A stretch of 62,927 nucleotides of DNA, the filler included, from Sphacelaria rigidula (Eukaryota): NCBI GenBank assembly GCA_964200075.2. It is 6 parts of 6 records of this genome, joined end to end, with 100 filler letters (N's around TTAATTAATTAA, not from the genome) between each part and the next. Parts side by side here need not be neighbours in the genome. Positions count along the whole stretch, not along the records: positions 52,525 to 62,927 come from CAXNAA020006556.1; 5 more parts are not named here. The stretch is one strand, 5' to 3'. Below the pieces are notes generated by a model that saw only the letters and a list, made by a program, of their open reading frames with translations, made no database searches and was not told where the DNA came from. The position numbers were made by a program, and so were the translations under genes. Of this stretch, positions 53,655-62,927 are shown in pieces; the first letter of the stretch is position 1, and each line of letters opens with the position of its first letter.

Positions 53655-53915
53655 CCTTCCTCGGGACGAGAACGTGGTCTCAAGGGATGGACTCACCTCT
53701 CCCCGGAACATGCCTTGCAATTTGGTGTCGCGGATTGGGTCGACGACCCCGGACCGCGTCAACTACCGTCGAACAAACCCAGTCGACTACTTTCGTTCCT
53801 TCACCTACTCACTTGTGGAGGGTGGAAATTAGATACTTGGAATACAAAACCCAACCCTGCGGAAATCGAACCGCGTTACTCTCCACCCTAATGGTGACAG
53901 TCTACAGTCCACTAT
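53655..53915 (-). mobile_element. tRNA-derived SINE copy
   Basis: Minus strand GACTGTCACCATTAGGGTG..GGTTCGATTTCC head; tail CCCTTGAGACCACG..CCCGAGGAAG as in 56308-56588. Confidence 0.75.
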
Positions 53916-56307
53916 TTTAGTACGATTACTGTAACGAAGTTGACTTCGAATGAATCAATGCATTATCACGGTAAAACCATAGTGAAACCTCACCGCACCT
54001 TGTTGTGCCCAGGTCGAGTTCTTCAGTGGAAGCCATGACGAGCAGTGCGATGGAAAGAACCCTCTGAACTAGCCGAAGGAAACTCGTTGCGCCCAGCATG
54101 AAGGGCAAAATAATCAGACCCACCTGAGATCACAGGTATACTTGAAAGGTATCACGGATGACCGATTATCCCCACTGCTCGGTAATATTGTCCCTTAATG
54201 CCGCCCTAATCAGCTTCTCCCTACCCTGTGCTATGTCGCTTTGGCTTGGATGTTGCAAAATGTCTGACTCCGTGCTGATCACGTGCCGCCATGCTGCGGA
54301 CTTGAGGTTGCTGACGTACATGTCTTGTCCGGTACGCCCCGAAACCGTTGGATTTTCATCGAGAAACACGTTCTTGGGATTCGCCGCGATTTTGTGCGCC
54401 AGAGGAAGCTTCCCGAGATTTGTATTTGAGAAATCCCACATGTGCCACAACGGCATTCGGGCATGGGCTACCTCTCGGAGAAAGGTGAAGACTGTAGCGC
54501 GCCTTCATCCTCTCGCATATTTTCTCAAATATAGCTGGTACAATCCAAGCAATAATCATGTCACGAAACCACGAACATGGTATCTAGCTGGACTCTAAAA
54601 CCTGAAACTTGTCGACACGTCGTACTACTGTCAGTCACTTATGTGTGTGTTTTACGACACAGGCTGATTGAAATTGCCGTGAGACGCCTCCTCGCATTTA
54701 TTCCGCCATCGGGGCGAGAAACGAGCCGAGTATAGTAAACAGCTTGCAAAGGGAATATTCCTTTATATGCCTCACTATTCCCCATCCTGTGCTTCTCAAA
54801 GACCAACTTGGTACTGATTTTCGAGAGAAAAAATGAATCGATTCTCTTCCCGCACTCCGCACAAATGAAGGGTTTTTTAGCGTGGAGCATAGCGGTGTAT
54901 TTATATTTTCATAGGTAAAAATACAATCTACACTTTATGGGTCTGAGAAGGATTGCCATATATTTCAGACGAAAACAGGGAATTACATGGGCGCACCAAA
55001 TGCTGATGGATACATCGAGCAGAGTTAATCCAGAGAAACCTCTACGTTTACTCCCGTCGAGTCGTACCAGCACACAACTAGTAGTGAGCGAAGCTCATCT
55101 ACCTCCATTGTGGAATTGAGTGTAGTTTTTGCTGCGAATTTCTGTGCGTGTGTTCGTGTGTGAGACCGCAACAGCCTTCCAACAGCACCTGAAAGCTGTA
55201 CTAGGAGTATTATAATATCGTGTACTTATTTTGCGGCACTGCCTACTATCCGCGAGGGTTGAGAGATACCTGCAAGAGCTGGGAGGATAAAGCACAGCAC
55301 CCGCGACGCCATGTTGCCTCGTACGCTTCAACGAACCGTGGGGATCGTAAAGCAGGTGTGTGATTGTGGCATCTGATGCGTTTGTCGGTGAGGCTGTATC
55401 TATACTTAGCTCAATGGGAGGGTTCGCGCTACCGTCTCGTGAATGCCACTTGAGGCTGGAAGTTCCCTGTAACGTTTCTGTTCGATGTTGCACTTCGGAC
55501 TTCTCCGTCGTCGTCGTTATTATCGCCTGCGTGCATCGTCTTTTTAATTATACCACTGCATCTTGCCATCCTCTGGATACTTGATGATACAACGGTATTG
55601 TGACTGTACTGTACTGCTTTATGGACTGCCAGTCGTCGCAGGAGACGATTCCGGTGAGGGCGAAATGCAAGTCCCTACCATGTACTGTTGAGTGCACTAT
55701 GCTACAGCCATCTCGTGCACTGGTACTTCGGGTCAGCCTCCGCTATGCTTCTTCAGGGCTCCCTTGACTGTAGACGTTTGAGTGAATCCAGTCCAACCAC
55801 CTTGTTCAAACCTACTCGACGGAGTGCTCGGCAGTACCATTTGTCGGATGTCGGCGGAAAGCATATGTTGACCCGACTTCCGGCTGTGTCCTATCAAATT
55901 GTTTTCAACTCGAAAACGTACGGTGGAATCGAATATGCTCTTGCCTGATACGTCCACGGCATCCATGTTCTCAACCGAAAGTAAAGAGCGTGGGCGAATC
56001 AGAAACGAGTGAAATCGATTCGACCGCACGTTTTCGACACCAAAATAATTTGATAAGAAGAGCTCGGTATTGGGTCTGAAAATGGCCCCAATATGATATA
56101 AATATATTGGGTGAAAAATTCTCGCATATATCTGCAATCTCGCATAAGAAATATCATATCCGGATATTTGGACTATCCACTGCGTATCCGAGATCGCACC
56201 CAATATCCCTCCAAGTATCTGTGGATATAGGGACGATATGTACAGATTATACAGATTTACTTTGAGGGTGTGGTATTTTTTTTTTTTCCTCACACTTTAA
56301 ACCCCTC

Positions 56308-56588
56308 TTCTTCCTCGGGATGAATCCGTGGTCTCAAGGGATCAACCCATCTCTCCCCCGGTACGCGCCTTCCTTTTTGGTCTTTGTCTCGCAGATGGGA
56401 TCAGCGCTCCCGCACCGCGTCAACTCACCTCCCACAAACCCAGTCGACTAATTTGTTTACTCACGTCGTCACGCTTTCCACGGTGGAAATCATACATGAC
56501 GAAAAAAAAAAAAACGCATCGGGAATCGAACCCCCGTTCTCCCCATCCTAATGGCGACAGTCGAAACATTACACCCACCACCGGGGCG
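56308..56588 (-). mobile_element. tRNA-derived SINE copy nested in the hAT element
   Basis: Minus strand GCCCCGGTGG..TGTAAT, GACTGTCGCC, and a perfect B-box GGTTCGATTCC. Confidence 0.8.
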
Positions 56589-56708
56589 CGGCATACCTGT
56601 GTTGTTTATGTGTGTGTAACGAGTGACGAGTTACGTGTCTCATCAGTGAGCTGCATACACTTATGCACGTGCCAGGCATACTGCATAGAGGCACACACGA
56701 CAGCGCTA

Positions 56709-56996
56709 CAGTAGTGGGCGGTCTAACTATTTAGGGGTGTTTTGGGCTTCTCCTCGCGTACTACTCTTCGATAGAACTCGAAATTGCTAGCGTCGGTAGA
56801 TTTTGGTACAACAAAACAGATCATTTTCGAAACACAGTGCCCAAGTCAGTGTTAGTTGGTGCTATCGGGCGAAACGAGTGAATACACCGTTTACCATAAG
56901 GGTGTTATTGACCGTGAAACACAGTTGAAAATCGTCAATCACGAAAAAATCACAAAATGCCACAAAATGAATATAGTGTTAGACCGCCCACTACTG
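56709..56996. mobile_element. Tc1/mariner-type MITE nested in the hAT element
   Basis: TA|CAGTAGTGGGCGGTCTAAC ... GTTAGACCGCCCACTACTG|TA; perfect 19-bp TIRs. Confidence 0.9.
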
Positions 56997-58431
56997 TAGA
57001 GGGACGAAGCGCCCAAACGCCCAAACGCCAACAAGCAGAGCAAGCAAGTAGAAACAAGACACGCCTTCAAGTGACGGTAGTTGGTGTTGTTATTATTTTT
57101 TTTTCTGTCGTTACATTTCTTGGCGCCTACCGCGCCGAATAGTCGTCTTTCTCACGGTAACCGAGGAGCCTGTCACGATATCAACCCATGCGTCTACCTG
57201 CAACCCTCCCATTATCTCCGTGCTGCCTTCCCGACTAACGTCTGAACCCCCACCACCTGGCAACACGCCGCAAACATATTGTCACAAACCCAGTCATGTC
57301 CACTCTCCACACCACAAAGGACTAAACTAGGCGGGTGTACACCTTCTGTCGACTACCACTGCTTCATTACTGCATTTCACCATGAAATCAGTAACACAGC
57401 GCAAGCACGAGAAAACCAAACTAAATTCGCATGGGAAATGTGGTACCTTAGTCTACCGCCAAGAACGAAGTATGCATCGCACACCGCATACCACAACCTG
57501 AAAAACGCTTGACAATTCAAAATGTGATTGCATTAGCAAGTACGAACTACCACCTGTGCTTCTTGTGTGCACAGGTGCGGTCACACCACTGTTATTTGCG
57601 CACCAGGAATCTGGGGTCTGGAGACAAAGTAATGAGGCTGATTCTGATATTCAAGAAGACATATCGTGTGATATCCGCGTTTGTATCCCATATGCGTTGG
57701 GTATATTGGATATATTTGGGCAATATGTATCATATCTGGAATATCTATGCGAGGATATGCGGATATATTGGGTAATTTTGGGGGATATTTTCTCGCGTAA
57801 GATATGTCAAAAATCTTCAAGTTAGGGCCCAAAAAACACGCTTAGAAAATATAAATATCTTATGCGTATTGGGGTCAATATATTTTCGACCCAATACCCA
57901 ATACCGAGCTCTATTGATAAGAAACGGCCTCAGTCTCTTTTGTCGAGAACACGATTGGTTGCATTCTTACATGTACTTTGCACAGAAGAAAGCAATTAAC
58001 CCGGATGGATTTCAGCACAGCTGCTAAGTTGTAGTGATGCAACAGGGGGAACTATAAAACACCAAACTAACCAAGAATGGCGAAGTATCCTCTTGTGCAC
58101 CTCGCCTGTCTTTAGACGTTGCGTTAATTCGACACGACTGGTCGATTCCAGCCATTTCTGCACTTTTTTTGGCCGCTTGTACACTCTGTTATCGACGAAT
58201 TGAATTGTACCTCGACACTATTTTCACATATGAACTCGCGCTGCCCGGTGTACCCTGACGTGGCCAAAATGTGTACTGGACGCATGCCTTTTTCTCGCCG
58301 CTGTTTTAGTGCAAATTGTGCACGATTTTGCTGTGCAACTTTGGACTAGAACATCGCGAATTGTTCCACGTTTCGATTTATTTTCGCGCAATAACCGATC
58401 CGTCATGAACTGAACACAAGATGGAGGAGGC

Positions 58432-58732
58432 GACCTATAGTTTTGGGCGAAAATCTATGGTTGATTTTTTTCCAGCAAACCAACACCAACACTAACTCTA
58501 ACCCTAACCCCGACACAAGGCTTACGAGACCCTCGGGCAAGGAGTGTTCACAGGTGTCCCTAGGCAAAGTGTGCGTTGGCAGATCTCAAATCGACGCCGC
58601 AGGCACCCATCTGGACAAAAATACGTTTTGGACAAGCTGGGTCCACTGCTCACAAATTTATCAGAACTTTCTCCAGTCTAAAATCAAGAAGTCATCGTGT
58701 CAACCATAGATTTTCGCCCAAAGGTATAGGTC
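58432..58732 (+). mobile_element. MITE of the telomere-like-core family with distinct ~32-bp TIRs
   Basis: GACCTATAGTTTTGGGCGAAAATCTATGGTTG / CAACCATAGATTTTCGCCCAAAGGTATAGGTC; internal CTAACTCTAACCCTAACCC. Confidence 0.85.
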
Positions 58733-59184
58733 TACTGAGATGGAGGCGCCAGAGGCAAATGAATAGAAACACTCGCTTCAAGGCCCTCGAGATGAGGAGC
58801 AGATGACAAGAGAAGCAAGGAGACCAGGGGGGCCACAAACCAGATTTCTGAGGAGCCGTACCCCGAACCCCACCAAATCGGGGAAGCGGGAGTGGGGTGG
58901 GGGACGGAGGGTTTCATGTATGTCACTGTATGGTTGTGTTATTTCCCATCATGTCGCACTCGTTCCAAGCTATATCTACGTCCAGGAAATGGGAAACAAC
59001 GATGTCTGAGTGCTGCCTGGGTTGTGACAAAATCGTATTTAGCTCGGAAACAACTACGATAACTCCGTGTTTTGCCCAAAAAATGAGTAGGTGATGCCTA
59101 GGCGTTGCCTGGACTGCGGGAAATCCTTCTTATGGTTACAGAATATACGTCCAACGTATCTTCTCCGTCACTTTCGTCCACTGT

Positions 59185-60072
59185 TGTTTGACACAACGCC
59201 TGTACATGGGGATATATTTTTGTAGTGAAATGTGAAATGCAACCAATCATAGGCCCTTCAGGGAGGAATCGGCGGAATCTAGCGCCAATGAAATGCGACC
59301 TTCGTAGTGAACTATGTAGTGAAAAATGCTTGTGGTTGGCTCGCAGACTCGAGTCATCTGTAGTGTACGTACTGCAGTACAGGAGTGAACAGTAGCGCCG
59401 GGATGGATAGAACAACAGCAGAGAAACGAGGCTGCAAGCAGACAAGCAGACCGCGAGTGGTACATTGCCGCCGCAGTGGGTTATTGTGATGCCCGTGTAT
59501 CGGTATATCCTCATCTTAGGATGACTGGTTGTGTCTTTCCGTGGCCGCCATGCTGACGGGTGCAAGCAGTACCCTGGTGGTGCAGTACACCCGCACTGCG
59601 CTGTTGGTTGCTCCTTTCATCGGAGCACCGGGTCTGACCCAGCCGGTCGAGCGGTATATACCGGCGCTGGTTGTGTGTCTCTACCCCACCATGTTCGGTA
59701 TCGCGCAAGTGATGGGTCCGGGTAACATGAAATTTTCAACAGACAGGCAAAGTGTGTAGGCCGCACTGCGTCCCGACTGATACTACATTTTACAGAGAAG
59801 AAAACACAACCATTCAGCAGCTCAGGCATTCTCAGCGGAGACCAAACTGTCTTCGCAAGGTCCAAACACACCACAAAAGAGTGGCAGCTACAGCACATGA
59901 GAGCGGACGTGAGTGTGTTTGTGCTGCAGTACAAGGAAACAGGACATGTCCCATGTTAAGTTTTTCACCTGATTTTAAACGGGTCCTCTGTGTTAACCGG
60001 GTGCCAATCTTGAACGCACGGCCATACTCGCGCTTTACGCAAATAATTTAATTCGCTACAAAATCATCCCCA
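59185..60072 (+). repeat. ~900-bp non-coding interspersed repeat
   Basis: Colinear homolog of 51440-52330. Confidence 0.85.
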
Positions 60073-61209
60073 TGTATGGGTCCTCTACCATTTTTTGGAA
60101 TCCCGCTTCATGGACCTACTTGACGCAAATGAGGGGAAATGCGCTTTCGTGCGCGGCAAAACGCTCGCCAGGGTTTCCAAAAGTGCTTTGTTACCATCGA
60201 AATTGCTGTTCACAAGTGCATCACCCCTAAATTTTGATTGCTCAATTATCGGTGCCTCCGTCTACAACAGAAAGGTGAAGCACGCAGCATGAATCCACCT
60301 TGCACCGATAATCGTGGGCATGTGGCAGCAATGAGAGCTGTGGCGAATGTTGTGCACCATAGGTTTTAGCAACGATTCCCTTGTTTCGAGCTGTCGAGTC
60401 ATGAGAGATCATCTGGCAACGTTGCTTGCCCAACATGAATTCGAAGGCTACCGTAACAGTTGGTTTTCCCGGCCGCAAGACTGTTAAATCGTCTGTAGTG
60501 ATGTTGACGCCGACGTGGATTACCGTAGCTCTCGAAATCCTGGATGGACTTTCGCCGAAACAAGGAGGGACTACCGTACGGTCAGCACTGTCGTGCATAC
60601 GCTAGAAATCTCTGTGCGTGTCGCTAGGATACCCAAGAATATATTTTTTTGTCCTCATACCATAAGCCCTAGCATTCGGTATGGCAACGTTTCCCCATAA
60701 GTACGCACAACCTCCTTCGCTGCTCTGATCCATCGCTCAGCTGCAATGCAGCAAGCATGCACTTGCTTTGACAACTGTTACGCGTAGTCCTTTCCGGCAG
60801 CACTACCCTTGATCAATGGGTGGTGGTGGCTGGGTAGCAATCGATTTTTTTACACCGGAACACTTCGCTGCCGTGGAGTACTCTGTGCTTTTCAGGCATA
60901 CACAACTCCACCGCTCGAATGTCCGAATTCTCCCGGCGTCACTAGTGTGCACAGTTAAAAGTTAATTTCGTGTTTTTCCACGTTTGAAGAACACTGGAAG
61001 GTGATGGGTTTCTCCACCGCTTCTTGTCCCCATGAGAAGTGGTCTTGGATTTTCCTGTACGAACAGCACCTGAATCGAGTGTGATAAAGTATCAAAATGT
61101 TTTTCTCGGCTGGGTACGACCGTACTCATACAGGTACGCCTTCTCTACAGATGAGTGGGTCCAGTAGGTGCAGTCGCCAGGAGGTGGCGAGATTAGTGCA
61201 CACGGCGGA

Positions 61210-61603
61210 TAGCTCGTGAGCTAGCTCATCTGCGGGCTGTAGCTCACTTGTAGTCAAACGTGCACATGTGGGCTACGCCCGATAGCTCACCCAGGATAAA
61301 CATGCGTAGCTCATGTAGCTCTCATAGCTCAATCAGGTGCATATGCGTAGCTCATATAGCTCTCATAGCTCATCCAGGGCAAACATGTGTAGCTCATGAA
61401 GCTCTCATAGCTCACCTTGGGCAAACATGTGTAGTTCATGTAGCTCTCATAGCTCACCTTGGGCAAACATGTGTAGTTCATGTAGCTCTCATAGCTCATC
61501 CAGGGCAAACATGTGTAGCTCATGTAGCTTTCATAGCTCAGTAGGGAGCTACGCTAAAAAAATCTAGCTCTAGTTACAAGGAGCTGATTTTCCCGACTTG
61601 TGG
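61210..61603 (+). repeat. TAGCTCA-based minisatellite (39-bp unit) with a conserved 3' end
   Basis: GGGCAAACATGTGTAG(C/T)TCATG(T/A)AGCTCTCATAGCTCA(CCTT/TCCA) repeated four times; ends GTAGGGAGC..AAAA..GGAGCTGAT..CCGAC.TGTGGA. Confidence 0.9.
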
Positions 61604-62245
61604 AGCTTTCACATTTGTTTCCTTCCGGTCGCGCGTGAAGAATTAATTGTAAACAAAGAGTTGAAGCCATATAAGAAAATAAATGATGTAGACACGTATC
61701 AGATGGGAATTTTTGTTTTACGCCGCACTTTTTCAAACTTTTTTTTCATAAGACACATCCTAGACCCTAGCCTCCAAGACTTGCCTGAAACAATGTCTGA
61801 ACTACGGCGTCCGAAGTACAGTGCAGGACAGTACATTGCAGTACAGCACGGTAGTTCAGTGCAGAAGACCACGGTACACGTTGTGGTACGGTACAGCGGT
61901 ACATACAGCACAGCGATACTTCCGAATAAAGAGACAAGCCGCACGGCAACGATTTTGCACCATGTTTCCCACAGCGATGGTGAAAGGCACCATGAACTCT
62001 AGTGGAACGACAGTGCAGCATTGCTGCTGCGCACTACGAGCCCACACCGGCTTCTAGCGGAACACACACACACAATACTCGCAATATTGCGGAGCTGTAC
62101 CAAAGGCAACGCCTTGTGCGCACCGAGCATGTCAATTTTGCCCAAGATGACAAAGCGAATTCTGATACCATGGTGGTAGCAGGGCGGTTGCCTGCTGCGA
62201 TGTTAAACGTTGCTACTTCGTGACTGGTGCCTACTGTATGTCCGG

Positions 62246-62557
62246 TAGCTCATCCAGGGCAAGCATGCGGAGTTCATGTAGCTCTCATAGCTCAATCAGG
62301 TGGATATGCGTAGCTCATGTAACTCTCATAGCTCACCCAGGGCAAACACGCGTAGCTCATGCAGCTCTCATAGCTCACCTGCGTAGCTCATGTAGCTTTC
62401 ATAGCTCATCCAGGACGAGTATGGGCTGATGAGCTACGGGTTGGTAGCTTACCTAGCGCGAACATGCGTAGCTCACGCAGCTTTCATAGCTCAGTAGGGA
62501 GCCACCCAAAAAAAAGTGAGCTCGAGCTACAGGGAGCTGATCTATCCGACGTGTGGA
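62246..62557 (+). repeat. Second copy of the TAGCTCA minisatellite element
   Basis: Same units and same 3' end as 61210-61603. Confidence 0.9.
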
Positions 62558-62927
62558 TTATTGGAAAGCGCTTCCGTCGCGGAAATACAAAATGGAAAAA
62601 GAAGCGAGCCATGAGACCATTTTTTTATGGGGACAAATATGTATGAGTACATATAGATAGGGTTGCGAATCGGCTACGTTTTCCTATCTTTTAAACATCG
62701 AATATCGGCGCAGCCGATCGACCGATTGAATCGAGCCCCCCTCGGCCCCCCCTCGGCCCCCCCTTGGCTGGTGAGAGGGCCTCGCTGGAGGCCGTCGGAG
62801 GCAGAAAATTTGGGCCATTTGCCTTCATTTGCCTTCAAAATCCGTGCGAAATCGAGGGTTGCTGGAATCGGAATGAACTTCACTACATGCAGAAAACATA
62901 GGAAAAAAAACAGGAAAAACACGTGAA

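Larger units (their letters stand above)
56058..57913 (+). mobile_element. Non-autonomous hAT element with nested insertions
   Basis: TIR (T/A)AGAGCTCGGTATTGGGT, exact 8-bp TSD TTGATAAG (56050-56057 and 57914-57921), GATAT-rich subterminal repeats, and a remnant LRTRNLGSGDKVMRLILIFKK resembling a hAT C-terminus. Confidence 0.9.

Noticed and set aside
54639..54890. ORF with KPFICAECGK as a TnpB/Fanzor zinc finger
   Set aside because: No following RD-x-N-A RuvC-III motif, no upstream CxxC or RuvC-I/II, and the ORF is short and isolated.
53950..55950. Possible highly decayed LINE ORF2 on the minus strand (FRPHR, MHAG..DDGE, HLLYD, RYL, PLWH)
   Set aside because: The motifs are suggestive and in a plausible order, but spacing is off and the catalytic YADD is absent. 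A profile search is needed.
60080..61150. Possible LTR-retrotransposon integrase remnant
   Set aside because: No clear HHCC or DDE motif could be recovered.
61260..61544. CRISPR array or repeat-protein gene
   Set aside because: The units are contiguous tandem repeats without unique spacers, and the ORFs arise only because 39 is a multiple of 3.

Overview
This is eukaryotic genomic DNA, most consistent with a brown alga (Phaeophyceae). That call is an inference from long GT-AG introns, GC-rich exons and stramenopile-type transposable element (TE) proteins. The window is not one locus. It is six unrelated contigs of 10406, 10405, 10405, 10404, 10404 and 10403 bp, in descending length order, joined by artificial 100-bp N44-TTAATTAATTAA-N44 linkers. 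Supported genes: (1) a complete 3-exon PDZ + PH/TH1-like protein gene (4211-9661, +); (2) a 5'-truncated gene of at least 5 exons (37817-41020, -) whose C-terminus resembles the Tudor-like ancillary domain shared by PHIP/BRWD proteins and plant auxin response factors (ARFs); (3) one isolated NDR-family kinase N-terminal exon (43642-43746, -). Most of the rest is mobile DNA: a decayed Copia pol with a 3' LTR, hAT elements (one with an exact 8-bp target-site duplication, TSD, and nested insertions), a mariner remnant, a tRNA-derived SINE family, piggyBac-, Kolobok- and mariner-type MITEs, and a kinase pseudogene. I found no CRISPR array, no intact Fanzor/TnpB and no convincing new multi-gene system. 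The best leads are the stand-alone ARF/PHIP-like domain protein, a 170-bp palindromic element with an unusual 12-bp flanking duplication, a MITE family with a shared telomere-like core but different terminal inverted repeats (TIRs), and a degenerate interspaced-motif array at 27.4-29.4 kb.
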